Assembly: GCA_947454305.1 (NCBI GenBank)
Contig: CANGJE010000005.1
Location: 7,509-71,508 of the forward strand
DNA length: 64,000 bases
From: Oxalobacteraceae bacterium
Lineage (GTDB): Bacteria > Pseudomonadota > Gammaproteobacteria > Burkholderiales > Burkholderiaceae_D
Reading direction: 5' to 3'
Positions 1 to 10,769 of the stretch are shown here, in pieces (position 1 is the first letter of the stretch; each line of letters opens with the position of its first letter). The translations under genes and the position numbers were made by a program. The notes beneath the pieces were generated by a model. That model saw only the letters and a program-made list of their open reading frames with translations, had not been told where the DNA came from and ran no database searches.

Positions 1-2
1 AA

Positions 3-491
3 GCGGCGTAACGCTCGCAGTTGACTTTGTTCCAGTATCGGTCGGCGTAGTAATTCACCGAGTAGTGCGCCAAGTATCGTACCGAAGGTGTTGGTCAGTA
101 CATCTAAATTACTTGGTACACGCGAAGGCAAAAAACTTTGTACCGATTCCAGCAGCAGCGCGAGAATAATTCCGCTCAGACTGGCCACCACGATAGCGGG
201 GAGTGCGCGTAGTCGAGGATAAAGCGCTAACACGCTTAGTAAGCCCAGCGGAATGTAGCCGATGACATTGACTGTTAAATCAAATCCCGTCCAGTAGTGC
301 GGTAGACGTTCGGTGAGATAAGACCAGGGAAGTAATCCATTGTCATGCCAGCCCGAAAATGGATAGCAGCTCGCATACACCACCAGCAGTGAGTAAAAAA
401 CTAAGGCAACGCGCACCGATGCAGATGCTTTACCGGTGATTTGCGTAACAGATTTCGGGTCACCGGAAAGCGGTGTTCTTAGAGCTGGCAT
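3..491 (-). CDS. VanZ-family membrane protein (3' end runs off window start)
   Basis: Not in the ORF track. Manual translation from ATG 491 gives MPALRTPLSG...VYASCYPFSGW...NVIGYIPLG...LESVQSFLPSRVPSNLDVLTNTFG, with the VanZ-type N..YIPLG and E..Q.F.P.R..S..D...N motifs. Confidence 0.8.
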   Translation of the reverse strand, partial: MPALRTPLSGDPKSVTQITGKASASVRVALVFYSLLVVYASCYPFSGWHDNGLLPWSYLTERLPHYWTGFDLTVNVIGYIPLGLLSVLALYPRLRALPAIVVASLSGIILALLLESVQSFLPSRVPSNLDVLTNTFGTILGALLGELLRRPILEQSQLRALRR

Positions 492-592
492 GAGTGGCAG
501 TGTATTTGAGTTTAGCCCGCTCGTCATCCGCGCATCATCCGCAAGTCACCCCCACACCACCCCTAGCAGCGGCTACCGATACAATGCGCGTC

Positions 593-1426
593 ATGAGTAC
601 GCCTTTGATTGCAGACCACATATCCCGCCAGTTCGGTGCCGCAGCGCGCGACCTGAAGGTAGAGGTGCTCGCCACTACCCAGTCAACCAACGCCGATTTG
701 CGTGCGCGTATTGCCGAGTTAAGCTCGCCGCTCTTATTAGTCACCGAAAATCAGACCGCTGGGCGTGGGCGTGCCGGTCGCAGCTGGCATTCAGCGCCGG
801 GCGATAGCTTGTGTTTTTCGCTGGCTTGGCCTTTAACACTACCTATCGATAGCATCACCGGCTTGCCGTTAGCGGCCGGTGTGGCGGTAGCTGATGCTTT
901 GCATCGATCGGGCTGGGCAGTGCAACTAAAGTGGCCGAATGATTTGCTACTTAACTCCGCCAAGCTCGGTGGTTTGTTGATTGAGACAGTTTCGACATCG
1001 CGCACATCAAACGATCACCGAGTATGGGTTGTGATTGGTGTGGGTATAAACATTCATCCGAATCCGCAACGTGACGCAGCGATCGATTATCCAACGGCCT
1101 TTTTAAGTAACCAGCCGCTGGATAGAAATAATTTGCTAGCAAAAATTGCTGATTCGTTATGTGCGATGTTAGTCGAGTTTGATCTGCATGGATTGCGACC
1201 TTTTGTCGATCGCTGGCATGCGCTGCATGCGTATCAAAATCAGCAGGTCACACTGTATGAAAATGGCCAGCTATTGCATGAAGGCGTAGCACGCGGCATT
1301 AATGACAATGGATGCTTGCTGCTTGATACCGCAACTACTCAACGGATTATTTCGACCGGCGATGTGTCACTTCGATCGGCTTTACCTCATACAACAGCGG
1401 GAGTGACTCATGCAGCTGTTGATTGA
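593..1426 (+). CDS. birA: biotin--[acetyl-CoA-carboxylase] ligase (no N-terminal HTH)
   Basis: STN, QTAGRGR, LKWPNDL, KLGGLLIE motifs. ATG 593 preferred over GTG 494; TACAAT at 580-585 lies 7 nt upstream (possible leaderless mRNA). Confidence 0.93.
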   Translation: MSTPLIADHISRQFGAAARDLKVEVLATTQSTNADLRARIAELSSPLLLVTENQTAGRGRAGRSWHSAPGDSLCFSLAWPLTLPIDSITGLPLAAGVAVADALHRSGWAVQLKWPNDLLLNSAKLGGLLIETVSTSRTSNDHRVWVVIGVGINIHPNPQRDAAIDYPTAFLSNQPLDRNNLLAKIADSLCAMLVEFDLHGLRPFVDRWHALHAYQNQQVTLYENGQLLHEGVARGINDNGCLLLDTATTQRIISTGDVSLRSALPHTTAGVTHAAVD

Positions 1427-2159
1427 CGCTGGTAATACTCGCATTAAATGGGCGCTAGCCGCCGCCGATCATGTCGTGGGTGAGTGGCATACGATGGGCA
1501 GCGTTGTGCACACCGATCTGGAAAAATTAAAACAGGCATGGTCAACACATACCATTCAGCGCGTAGTAATTTCAAATGTGGCAGGTGATGCTGTCGCATC
1601 GCAGTTGAGAAAAATGTTAGTTGAGTTAACTGTGCCTGAATCATCGCTGACTTGGTTTCGTGCGCAAGCTGAGTGTGCTGGTGTGCGCAATGCCTATGCA
1701 CAGCCAACGCAACTCGGCAGTGATAGGTTCGCATCACTGATTGGGGCGCGTCATCGTTATGTCGGGCAGCGCTTGTTGGTGGTGACCTGCGGAACGGCGA
1801 CCACCATCGATGCATTGGAAGCGGATGGTACTTTTATCGGCGGCATGATTCTGCCGGGGCTAGCCACAATGGCCACTTCGCTAGCAGTTAACACCGCGTT
1901 GCTACCCGCCGTTGATAAGGCCGATAGAGCACGCGTGTTTGCTGATAACACGCATGACGCAATTATTAGTGGCTGCTTGTCAGCCCAGGTGGGCGCTATC
2001 ATGCATGCCTATGAGCAGCGCAGGGATCCGCCCGCTCGATGCGTGCTCTCTGGCGGCGCTGCGCAGTACCTTGGCCCGTATTTGCCGATGCCATTTGATG
2101 CCGTGGATAATTTGGTTTTGTTGGGCTTAGATGCCGCTGTTGGGGGAGTCTCTTACTAA
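1410..2159 (+). CDS. coaX: type III pantothenate kinase
   Basis: LLIDAGNTRIKW, LGSDR, GTATTID, GGMILPG motifs; follows birA. Confidence 0.95.
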   Translation: MQLLIDAGNTRIKWALAAADHVVGEWHTMGSVVHTDLEKLKQAWSTHTIQRVVISNVAGDAVASQLRKMLVELTVPESSLTWFRAQAECAGVRNAYAQPTQLGSDRFASLIGARHRYVGQRLLVVTCGTATTIDALEADGTFIGGMILPGLATMATSLAVNTALLPAVDKADRARVFADNTHDAIISGCLSAQVGAIMHAYEQRRDPPARCVLSGGAAQYLGPYLPMPFDAVDNLVLLGLDAAVGGVSY

Positions 2160-2803
2160 TGTTTAGATTGTTATTCTTGTTGCTATTGTTAGCTAATTTG
2201 GTGTTGCTCACTTTATTGCCAGGACCCTTACCCGGTACTGCAACGCTTGAGCCGCAACGGCTGTTGCAGCAAGTACAGCCTGACAGCGTGAAGATACTTC
2301 CGAATTCACATACTGACGACACGGCAAAGCTAGCGCCGCCCGCAGAGCCGTGCATTGAAATGGGTGATTTCAGTGCGACGACGGCAGCAAAATTTGAGTC
2401 GCGGCTGGCCAAATTAAAACTTCCCTCACTGCCACTCAAACAACAAGTTCAATCCCCGCAGGCCAGCTTGGTATTCATTCCGCCGCAGTCGGATGAGGCC
2501 AGCGCCAATCGCCGCATCATCAAGTTGCGTGCGCTGGGCTTTACCGATGTGTCCGTGGTGAGAGAGCCGCTCGCGCGACGCTGGGGTATTTCAGTGGGCT
2601 TGTTTACCAGCCCCGAACTGGCAGCAGCGCAATTAGAGAATTTGAAAAAAGCTGGTATTGCCGATGCCCGTATCGAAGAGCATCCGCTCAACTCGGCGCG
2701 TTTTTCCTATCAGTTAAAGGGTTATGCGAGCGAGGACAAGCCTGAGCTGAAAGCGCTGATTGCTGAGTTTTCGGGAGTCACGCTGCGCAGTTGCAAGCAC
2801 TAG
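2159..2803 (+). CDS. SPOR-domain-containing membrane-anchored protein
   Basis: N-terminal hydrophobic anchor, CIEMGDF, ISVGLF..E.A pattern; usual birA-coaX-SPOR synteny. Confidence 0.75.
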   Translation: MFRLLFLLLLLANLVLLTLLPGPLPGTATLEPQRLLQQVQPDSVKILPNSHTDDTAKLAPPAEPCIEMGDFSATTAAKFESRLAKLKLPSLPLKQQVQSPQASLVFIPPQSDEASANRRIIKLRALGFTDVSVVREPLARRWGISVGLFTSPELAAAQLENLKKAGIADARIEEHPLNSARFSYQLKGYASEDKPELKALIAEFSGVTLRSCKH

Positions 2804-2816
2804 CAGCGCGAGGCAA

Positions 2817-3008
2817 TTAGACTCCTGCGTCACTCTGGGCAATCGCTTTCAGGCATGCTGGGCAAAAGCAGGCATCGCCTGTCCCGCCTGCCTCAGTAAG
2901 AACGACGGTGGGAATCGGCGGCAGCTCCATGCACCAACATCGCTCACCTGCAGCTCCGTCGGTCATTGCACAGTGAAAGTCTTGTCCGCATTTCACGCAG
3001 GCGCTCAT
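2817..3008 (-). CDS. small cysteine-rich CWC-family protein
   Basis: MSACVKCGQDFHC...CWCMELP...CFCPACL; ATG 3008 preferred. Confidence 0.8.
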   Translation of the reverse strand: MSACVKCGQDFHCAMTDGAAGERCWCMELPPIPTVVLTEAGGTGDACFCPACLKAIAQSDAGV

Positions 3009-3188
3009 CAAGTATCTCCGGTGTTGGTCTCGTTCAGTGGTCGTGGGGTGGCGGTTGTGCACCCAAAGCGCGCTTTTTAGGAGCGGCTCAGTAACAGCCA
3101 GTCACCATCATTTCATAAGACGCGAACGCGATCCAGTTTAGCTGTAAAATCCCGCGCTATTCCCACCTTCACTTCGATAGCCACCGCA

Positions 3189-4076
3189 ATGCCCACTACG
3201 TCGATTGCTCCTGAAATCAAAGCCGAAATTTTGGCTGAAGCGCTGCCCTATATCCGCAAATTCCATGGCAAGACTATTGTCGTTAAATACGGCGGTAATG
3301 CGATGACAGAAGAGCGCTTAAAGCATGGCTTTGCGCGTGATGTGATTTTGCTGAAATTAGTGGGCATGAATCCGGTGGTCGTGCATGGCGGCGGTCCGCA
3401 AATCGACAGCGCGCTCAAAAAAATAGGTAAGCAAGGCACGTTCGTGCAAGGTATGCGTATCACTGACGAAGAAACCATGGAAGTGGTTGAATGGGTTTTG
3501 GGTGGCGAGGTGCAACAAGATATCGTCATGCTGATCAATCACTACGGCGGACAAGCCGTCGGTTTGACAGGTAAAGATGGCGGGTTGATACGAGCTCGCA
3601 AGATGCAGATGCCAGACAAAGAACATCCGGGTTCATTTCTCGACATTGGATTTGTCGGTGAAATCGAAGCCATTAATCCAGCCGTCGTAAAAGCGCTGCA
3701 AGATGACGCGTTCATTCCTATTATTTCGCCGATTGGTTTTGGCGAAGATGGACAAGCCTATAACATCAACGCTGATTTAGTCGCAGGTAAGATTGCAGAA
3801 ATTTTGCGTGCAGAGAAGCTCATCATGATGACCAACATACCGGGGGTCATGGATAAAAACGGCAAGCTGTTGACGGATTTATCCGCGCGCGAAATTGATG
3901 AGATGTTTGAAGACGGTACGATTTCCGGCGGCATGCTGCCGAAAATTTCTTCTGCATTAGATGCCGCAAAATCAGGCGTCAATACAGTGCATATCATTGA
4001 TGGTCGGATTGAACATTCGCTATTGTTAGAAGTGCTAACAGAGCAAGCGTTTGGCACTATGATCCGATCGCATTAA
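3189..4076 (+). CDS. argB: acetylglutamate kinase
   Basis: [29 protein letters not shown]. Confidence 0.98.
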   Translation: MPTTSIAPEIKAEILAEALPYIRKFHGKTIVVKYGGNAMTEERLKHGFARDVILLKLVGMNPVVVHGGGPQIDSALKKIGKQGTFVQGMRITDEETMEVVEWVLGGEVQQDIVMLINHYGGQAVGLTGKDGGLIRARKMQMPDKEHPGSFLDIGFVGEIEAINPAVVKALQDDAFIPIISPIGFGEDGQAYNINADLVAGKIAEILRAEKLIMMTNIPGVMDKNGKLLTDLSAREIDEMFEDGTISGGMLPKISSALDAAKSGVNTVHIIDGRIEHSLLLEVLTEQAFGTMIRSH

Positions 4077-4175
4077 TTGGCTGCTGATCGACAGTCAATC
4101 TTTTGCTGAGCTGATGCGTTTGATGCGGCTGAATCGTTTGACCTCTCTGATGGTTTTGTTGCGTGCGGAGTCCGC

Positions 4176-4865
4176 ATGAAGCGCAAACTGGTCTGGCTAT
4201 TCGATCTCGACAATACCTTGCATGATGCCGGGCATGCGATCTTCCCCGCGATCAATCGAAATATGAATGCGCTGATTGCGCGCGTGCTAGAAGCAGAAGC
4301 TAAACCTTCCCATGCTGAAGCCGTCAATCAGATGCGTGTCGAGTATTGGCAGCGTTACGGTGCAACCTTACTGGGCATGATGCGTCATCATGCGATTCGT
4401 TCAGAAGATTTTTTGCGCGACGCACACGAGTTCAGTGATCTCACACAAATGATTCGAGCCGAACGTGGCACTTCCTATCTTTTGCGCAGACTGCCGGGCC
4501 GTAAAATTCTGTTGACGAATGCCCCTGCCGGTTACTCGCGCGATGTTGTTCGACATTTAGGTTTGCATAAGCATTTTGCCGATCATGTGCCGATTGAATC
4601 GATGGTGGTGCATCGTCAGCTGCGTCCCAAACCCTCGCCGTGGCTATTCCGTCGATTACTCGCTTCTCAGGGTTTGAGTCCTAGGCGTTGCGTGCTGGTT
4701 GAAGATTCATTAGAGAATTTAAAATCAGCGAGAACACTGGGTATACGAACCGTTTGGCTGACGGGCTACACGCGAGGCACACGTCGTCGCCCCGCCTTTG
4801 TCGATGTGAAAGTAAAATCACTCAACCAGCTTGCGCGCCAGCGTCGCAAACTAGGAGCAGGCTAA
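4176..4865 (+). CDS. HAD-superfamily pyrimidine 5'-nucleotidase
   Basis: FDLDNTL, LTNA, KP, VED HAD motifs; argB-nucleotidase-slmA synteny. Confidence 0.88.
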   Translation: MKRKLVWLFDLDNTLHDAGHAIFPAINRNMNALIARVLEAEAKPSHAEAVNQMRVEYWQRYGATLLGMMRHHAIRSEDFLRDAHEFSDLTQMIRAERGTSYLLRRLPGRKILLTNAPAGYSRDVVRHLGLHKHFADHVPIESMVVHRQLRPKPSPWLFRRLLASQGLSPRRCVLVEDSLENLKSARTLGIRTVWLTGYTRGTRRRPAFVDVKVKSLNQLARQRRKLGAG

Positions 4866-4982
4866 GCCGTCTGGCAGCTTTCTGGGGTCGGATCCCAGTC
4901 TGAGTTACATTACGCAGGAAACCTTCCGGCAAGCCGGATTTCATCTCCGCCGCTATCATCGATTGCTCGACTGAAAACAACC

Positions 4983-5558
4983 ATGGCCAATACAAAACCA
5001 GGTGAGCGTAAGCTACAGATCCTTCAGGCTCTGGCAGCCATGCTGCAGAACCCTAAGAGCGAGAAAATCACCACGGCGGCATTAGCGGCTCGGTTAGACG
5101 TCTCTGAAGCAGCGCTGTATAGGCATTTCGCCAGTAAGGCGCAAATGTATGAAGGCCTGATCGAATTCATTGAGACCAGTATTTTCACCCTGATTAATCA
5201 GATCACGCAGAACGAGGAATCGGGGCAAGTTCAAGCCGCCAATATCGCCGGCGTGCTACTCGACTTTGCAGAAGAAAATCCCGGTATGACCAAAGTGTTG
5301 ATCGGCGACGTGTTGGTGAATGAAGATGAGCGTCTCCAGCACCGTATGAATCAATTTGTCGAGCGCGTTGAGTTGGGGCTTAGACAGTCATGGAAATTAG
5401 CCGCGACTCAGGGCATCATTTCTGAAAACCAGGCCGCGATTCGGGCCAGCATGATGATGGCGTTTGTGATCGGCCGCTGGCATCGTTTTGCCAAGAGCGG
5501 TTTTTATCTCAAGCCTTCTGAGGATGCTGATCTGATGCTGGGTTTGTTGGTTGCCTAA
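4983..5558 (+). CDS. slmA: nucleoid occlusion factor SlmA (TetR family)
   Basis: KITTAALAARLDVSEAALYRHFASKAQMYEGLIEFIE. Confidence 0.93.
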   Translation: MANTKPGERKLQILQALAAMLQNPKSEKITTAALAARLDVSEAALYRHFASKAQMYEGLIEFIETSIFTLINQITQNEESGQVQAANIAGVLLDFAEENPGMTKVLIGDVLVNEDERLQHRMNQFVERVELGLRQSWKLAATQGIISENQAAIRASMMMAFVIGRWHRFAKSGFYLKPSEDADLMLGLLVA

Positions 5559-5587
5559 GTGGGCTTTCAAGTCAGGCTTTAAGCATC

Positions 5588-6343
5588 TTACTTAGATAGC
5601 TGCCCACACACTACGCAATCGTCGTTGCGCTTGGTGCGTATGCTGGTCCACTCCATATGCTTTGCATCTAGCAGCAATAAGCGCTGTGCAAGCGATTCGC
5701 CGAGATCCGCCACAATCTTGAGTGCTTCAGCCGCCTGCATCGTGCCAATAATGCCGACCAGTGGCGCAAACACACCCATAGTTGAACATTGCTCTTCTTC
5801 GAAATGCTGATCCGGTGGGAACAGGCAAGCGTAACAAGGCGTCGTGCCTGAGCGCGAGTCAAACACAGCGACTTGCCCATCCATACGAATCGCCGCACCC
5901 GACACCAAGGGCACGCGTGCCTCAACGCAGGCACGATTGATCGCATGTCGTGTCGCAAAGTTATCCGTACAGTCCAGCACCACACTGGCATTTGCTACTA
6001 AGCTGGCCAGCGTTGCCTCATCCGCGCGCGCACAAAGTGTGACGACTTCAGTGTCTGGATTGATTTGTGCCAGTGTGTGTTTTGCAGATTCAGCTTTGTG
6101 CTGACCGACACTCGCCGTGGTATGAATAATTTGCCGCTGCAAATTGGTGAGATCAACGACATCATGATCGACCAAGGTGATTTTTCCTATGCCAGCCGAG
6201 GCGAGGTACATAGCCACGGGCGAGCCCAAACCACCAGCACCAATCACCACTGCATGGGCGGCGAGTAGTTTGGCTTGGCCATCGATACCAATCTCATCGA
6301 GCAGTATGTGGCGCGAGTAGCGCAGTAGTTGTTGATCGTTCAT
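5588..6343 (-). CDS. moeB: MoeB/ThiF-family adenylyltransferase
   Basis: RYSRHILL, GAGGLG, DHDVVDLTNLQRQ, CYAC and CVVC zinc pairs. Confidence 0.85.
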   Translation of the reverse strand: MNDQQLLRYSRHILLDEIGIDGQAKLLAAHAVVIGAGGLGSPVAMYLASAGIGKITLVDHDVVDLTNLQRQIIHTTASVGQHKAESAKHTLAQINPDTEVVTLCARADEATLASLVANASVVLDCTDNFATRHAINRACVEARVPLVSGAAIRMDGQVAVFDSRSGTTPCYACLFPPDQHFEEEQCSTMGVFAPLVGIIGTMQAAEALKIVADLGESLAQRLLLLDAKHMEWTSIRTKRNDDCVVCGQLSK

Positions 6344-6355
6344 CAGGCTAGGAAT

Positions 6356-6380
6356 GAAAACGGCCGCATCACTGCGGCCG
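6356..6380 (-). terminator. intrinsic terminator after ctpA
   Basis: 8-bp stem CGGCCGCA/TGCGGCCG (6361-6380) followed by TTTT on the minus strand. Confidence 0.6.
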
Positions 6381-6400
6381 GTAAGCTAATGAAAGCGCAA

Positions 6401-7855
6401 TTACTTCTTATCGCTTCCATCCGAATTATTAATTGTCGATTCTTTTTTGTTTTCGACTTTCGCTGATTTCGATAGCTGCACTGTTTGACCTTTCAGGTGG
6501 TTCAGTGCCTGCGCCAGTTGGAAATCTTCTTTGCTGCCGAATTCCAGTGGCTTGCGTTTTTTCTCGGTCGCGGCGATACGCTTCTGTTCTTCGAGTTCAT
6601 CGACGATGTTAGCGCCGTTGCCTGCTTCTTTGTCTTTATCGTTCGACAAATGCTTTTGCAGATCCGCTTCTCTCAGGCGCAAACCATTCATGCCATCGCC
6701 ATCAGCGTATTCATCCACCATCAAATCAGGCACGATACCTTTTGCCTGAATCGAGCGACCATTCGGTGTGTAGTAACGTGCAGTCGTTAGTTTCACGGCC
6801 GTGTCGGCAGACAATTGACGAATGGTTTGTACCGAACCTTTACCAAAGGTTTGTGAACCCATAATCGTGGCGCGCTTGTAATCTTGCAGAGCGCCCGCAA
6901 CGATTTCCGAAGCGGAGGCAGAACCTGCATTCACTAACACCACCATTTTTACTTTTTTAGCGGCTTCAGGCACACGAGTCAGTGGATCTCCGCCAACGCG
7001 AGTGGCGTAATACTCGCGACGCGCAAAGTAGGTCGCTTTGGAATCTGGTAACTGGCCATTAGTTGAAACAACGGGCACATCTTTAGGAAGGAAAGCCGCT
7101 GAAACGCCAATCGCACCCGGCAGCACACCACCCGGATCATTACGCAGATCGAGTACCAAACCCTTCATATTCGGATCTTGTTGAAACAGCGCGCTGATTT
7201 TTTTAGCTAAATCATCGACGGTCGGTTCTTGAAACTGCGATACGCGAATCCAGCCATAACCCGGCTCGATCATTTTGCCCTTCACGCTTTGCACGCGAAT
7301 TTCTTGGCGCGTGATGGTAATCAGCAAAGGCTTGTCTTCTTCTTTGCGTGCGACGGTCAGCGTAATTTTAGTGTTAGGTTCGCCACGCATGCGTTTGACG
7401 GCTTCGTCTAGCGTCATGCCTTTTACCGGTGTGCTGTCTAAGCGAGTAATCAGATCGCCGGCTTTTAATCCTGCTTTGTAGGCGGGTGAATCTTCAATCG
7501 GGGAAATCACTTTGACATAGCCGTCTTCCATACCGACTTCAATACCCAGGCCGACAAATTTACCTTGCGTACCTTCGCGTAGTTCTTTGAATGCTTTTTT
7601 ATCTAGATAGGCTGAGTGTGGATCGAGTGACGCCACCATGCCTGAGATAGCTTCGGTCAATAATTTTTTATCTTCGACCGGTTCGACATAATCTGATTTG
7701 ATCAAACCAAATACATCAGCGAGCTGTCGCAGCTCTTCGATAGGGAGAGGTGTACCCGCATTTCGCTGGGCTAATGCGTCGAACTGCATCGAGCCCGCAA
7801 TGCCTGCAATAAGGCCGAGCCCAATTAGTCCGATATTTTTCATTCTGCTACCCAT
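6401..7855 (-). CDS. ctpA: carboxy-terminal processing protease (S41, PDZ)
   Basis: GLGIEV PDZ, LDLRNDPGG, SASASEIVAGALQD, TFGKGSVQ. Confidence 0.95.
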   Translation of the reverse strand: MGSRMKNIGLIGLGLIAGIAGSMQFDALAQRNAGTPLPIEELRQLADVFGLIKSDYVEPVEDKKLLTEAISGMVASLDPHSAYLDKKAFKELREGTQGKFVGLGIEVGMEDGYVKVISPIEDSPAYKAGLKAGDLITRLDSTPVKGMTLDEAVKRMRGEPNTKITLTVARKEEDKPLLITITRQEIRVQSVKGKMIEPGYGWIRVSQFQEPTVDDLAKKISALFQQDPNMKGLVLDLRNDPGGVLPGAIGVSAAFLPKDVPVVSTNGQLPDSKATYFARREYYATRVGGDPLTRVPEAAKKVKMVVLVNAGSASASEIVAGALQDYKRATIMGSQTFGKGSVQTIRQLSADTAVKLTTARYYTPNGRSIQAKGIVPDLMVDEYADGDGMNGLRLREADLQKHLSNDKDKEAGNGANIVDELEEQKRIAATEKKRKPLEFGSKEDFQLAQALNHLKGQTVQLSKSAKVENKKESTINNSDGSDKK

Positions 7856-7858
7856 GTC

Positions 7859-9190
7859 TCACCTGTTCATCCAAGAGGACGGATCAATCGCCCGCCCTTG
7901 ATATCGCATTTCAAAGTATAAACCTGATTGTTCATTGCCGCCGCTATTACCTACAGTGGCTATCACGTCTCCCGCCTTCAGCTTATCGCCCGGCCGCTTG
8001 AGTAGCGACTGGTTGTTACCGTAAATCGTCATGTACTGGCCGCCGTGATCCACCACCAGCAAATTGCCGAACCCCCGCATCCAGTCCGCAAAAATGATTT
8101 CACCGGCAGCGACTGCCCTCACCTCCGCCCCCTCAGATGCCTTGATGAACAAGCCTTTCCAGTTAGGGCCGTCCGCACGACGCGCGCCGAAACTGGCCGC
8201 CAGCTCACCTTTAACCGGCAGTCTGAGCTTGCCCTTCATGCTGGCGAATCCACTGCCATCGCTGGCTGGCGGTGGTTCGGGTTCAGTTACCGTCTTGCTG
8301 GCGGCTTTAGGAGGGCTGGTTTCTGGCCGCTCGGCAGATTTGTCAGCTGCACGCCCTTTAGCCGCTAGTTTTTCTTTCTGCTCAGCCTTGGCGCGCGCCC
8401 GTCGCTTGGCCTCTTCTTCTTCAGCTTTGCGTTGTTGTGCAATTAACGTAGCGAGTTTTTCAACCAATGACGACAGTCGCTCTTCATCGCGCGACAGATT
8501 GCCGGCTTGCTTACGCTGCGAGCTGAGCTGAGTCGATAGTTGCGATAGCAGTGCCTTGCGTTTGTTTTTTTCTTTTTCGAGTAGCGCTTTTTGCTCGCGC
8601 TGCTCGTCAGCGATGTCTTCGAGTGCGTTGCGTGCTTCTTCCGCATCCAACTTATTGGCCTCAATCGCCGCCAGATTTTGCTGCAGTATGTCGATCGCTT
8701 TCGACTGTTCTGCCGACACATAGCCCAGATAGCGCAACTCGCGTGCGATGCGATTCGGGTTGTCTCCCGAAAGAAGCAGCTTCACACGATCATCCTGACC
8801 GCTGACATACTGCCCGCGCAGCATTTTCTCGAGTCGATTACGTTGCTGAGCTACCGCTGTCTCTAATGCTTCCTGACTAACCGACAATTTTTCCAGGCGT
8901 TTTTTCGTTCTTTCTTGTTCGGCAGCGAGTTCGCGCAGACTGCGATTGGCATTCGATATCGCCGCTTCTGAGGCAGCCAGCGAATCGGCCGCATGTCCGC
9001 GTGCCTTTTCGGTTTTGCCGATGTCTTCCTTTAGAGTCAACAGTTTCTTGCGAAGTTCCGCCCGTTCTTGTTCGGCGGTTTCTTTTTGTCGGCTTCGTTC
9101 TAGTGATTTAGCCGATGGCTCGGCCATAGCCGATGACGCAGTCAAGGTGGCTGCGATCCAGAACGTGAGCGCCCTGCGGATGAATGGCAT
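7859..9190 (-). CDS. envC: murein hydrolase activator EnvC (coiled coil + M23-like)
   Basis: Long coiled coil, then LRLPVKG...YGNNQ...GDVIATVGNSGG...LYFEMR. ATG 9190 chosen to avoid overlap with gpmA. Confidence 0.88.
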   Translation of the reverse strand: MPFIRRALTFWIAATLTASSAMAEPSAKSLERSRQKETAEQERAELRKKLLTLKEDIGKTEKARGHAADSLAASEAAISNANRSLRELAAEQERTKKRLEKLSVSQEALETAVAQQRNRLEKMLRGQYVSGQDDRVKLLLSGDNPNRIARELRYLGYVSAEQSKAIDILQQNLAAIEANKLDAEEARNALEDIADEQREQKALLEKEKNKRKALLSQLSTQLSSQRKQAGNLSRDEERLSSLVEKLATLIAQQRKAEEEEAKRRARAKAEQKEKLAAKGRAADKSAERPETSPPKAASKTVTEPEPPPASDGSGFASMKGKLRLPVKGELAASFGARRADGPNWKGLFIKASEGAEVRAVAAGEIIFADWMRGFGNLLVVDHGGQYMTIYGNNQSLLKRPGDKLKAGDVIATVGNSGGNEQSGLYFEMRYQGRAIDPSSWMNR

Positions 9191-9197
9191 TCGTTGC

Positions 9198-9944
9198 TTA
9201 GCGTGCTTTACCCTGACTAGCGACAGCTTGCATCGCGGCCTCGATAGCCGATGCATCACCGAGGTAGTAGCTCTTAATCGGGCGCAGGTCCGCATCTAGT
9301 TCATAAACCAGCGGCTGACCATTAGGTATGTTCAGCCCGACGATATCCTGATCGCTAATGCCATCGAGTGACTTAATCAGCGCTCGCAAGCTGTTGCCGT
9401 GAGCAGAAATCAGGATGCGTTTACCGCTGCGGATGGCTGGCGCTATCGATTCGGTCCAGAACGGCATCACGCGCGAAACCGTGTCTTTCAGACATTCAGT
9501 GAGTGGAATCTGTTCACGGCTCAGCCCGGCGTAGCGCGCGTCATGGAACGATGCGCGTTCATCCGATGGGTCTAAGGGCATGGGCGGGATATCGTAGCTG
9601 CGTCGCCAGACCAAGACCTGATCGTCGCCGTACTGTGCCGCCGTTTCAGTCTTGTTTAAGCCTTGCAGAGCCCCGTAATGGCGTTCATTCAGACGCCAAC
9701 TGTGCACCGTGGGCAGCCACATCAGGTCCATTTCGTCTAGCGTGATCCACAGAGTGCGAATCGCCCGGCGCAGCACTGAGGTGTAGGTTAGATCGAAGCT
9801 CAAACCTGCTTCTTTGAGCAGGCGGCCGGCGTGACGCGCCTCTTCCTCACCTTTATCAGTCAGGTCAACATCAGTCCAGCCGGTGAAGCGATTTTCGCGA
9901 TTCCAGGTGGATTCACCATGGCGCATGAAGACAATCTTGTACAT
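9198..9944 (-). CDS. gpmA: 2,3-bisphosphoglycerate-dependent phosphoglycerate mutase
   Basis: [25 protein letters not shown]. Confidence 0.98.
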   Translation of the reverse strand: MYKIVFMRHGESTWNRENRFTGWTDVDLTDKGEEEARHAGRLLKEAGLSFDLTYTSVLRRAIRTLWITLDEMDLMWLPTVHSWRLNERHYGALQGLNKTETAAQYGDDQVLVWRRSYDIPPMPLDPSDERASFHDARYAGLSREQIPLTECLKDTVSRVMPFWTESIAPAIRSGKRILISAHGNSLRALIKSLDGISDQDIVGLNIPNGQPLVYELDADLRPIKSYYLGDASAIEAAMQAVASQGKAR

Positions 9945-10050
9945 TAGTGGCCAACAATCTGCGGAGTAGAGAAACGGCGTGAAAGCCGTGCTGAATAATT
10001 TCAGCCTTCTATTTTATAATGGCACGCTTGATGGTGACGATAGGATCTTC

Positions 10051-10446
10051 GTGAAATTCTTGATTGACAATATCTGGCTCATTTTGCTCGCTCTGGTATC
10101 TGGGGGCGCATTGGCCTGGCCCAGCTTAACTCGCGGTAAGCATTCCCTATCCACCTTGCAGGCGATTCAGCTGCTCAACAAAGGCAAGGTATCCATCGTC
10201 GACGTACGCAAGTCTGACGAATTCAGCGCAGGTCATCTGCGTGATTCAAAAAATATTCCTATCGACGATCTTGATAAGCGAGTCGGCGAGCTCGACAAAG
10301 CTCATCCTGTGCTCGTGGTGTGCCAGAGCGGAGTTCGCGCTTCGCGTGCGGCAGCTGAATTTAGGCGCGCAGGATTCGGCGAGGTCTACATCCTCGATGG
10401 CGGAATCACGGAATGGCGTACTCAGGGTCTTCCTGTCGCTAACTGA
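10051..10446 (+). CDS. rhodanese-like domain protein (YibN-type)
   Basis: N-terminal TM, VDVR..EF..GHL, VCQSGVRA. GTG 10051 preferred; TATAAT at 10015-10020. Confidence 0.88.
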   Translation: MKFLIDNIWLILLALVSGGALAWPSLTRGKHSLSTLQAIQLLNKGKVSIVDVRKSDEFSAGHLRDSKNIPIDDLDKRVGELDKAHPVLVVCQSGVRASRAAAEFRRAGFGEVYILDGGITEWRTQGLPVAN

Positions 10447-10470
10447 ATTTAAGAAAGAGAGTACTCAGCG

Positions 10471-10731
10471 ATGGTTGCACGAGTTTTGATGTACAGCACC
10501 GGCGTTTGCCCTTACTGCAACATGGCAGAGCGCTTATTGAAAGCCAAGGGCATCGATGAGATCGAAAAAATTCGTATCGATCTCGATCCTGAGCAACGCG
10601 CCTTGATGATGGAAAAAACAGGTCGTCGTACCGTGCCACAGATTTATATCGGTGACACCCACGTGGGCGGCTTTGATGATCTGTCAGCGCTCGACCGCGA
10701 AGGCAAGCTTGATCCTTTATTGCAGGCCTAA
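10471..10731 (+). CDS. grxC: glutaredoxin 3
   Basis: CPYC, TVPQIYIG, GGFDD. Confidence 0.96.
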   Translation: MVARVLMYSTGVCPYCNMAERLLKAKGIDEIEKIRIDLDPEQRALMMEKTGRRTVPQIYIGDTHVGGFDDLSALDREGKLDPLLQA

Positions 10732-10769
10732 TAGCCCTGCGTATTTATTCACTTTGACGAAAGCGTTTC

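Noticed and set aside
4114-4179. 21-aa ORF (MRLMRLNRLT...) overlapping the nucleotidase start by ATGA
   Set aside because: No RBS or motif support; too short to call without Ribo-seq
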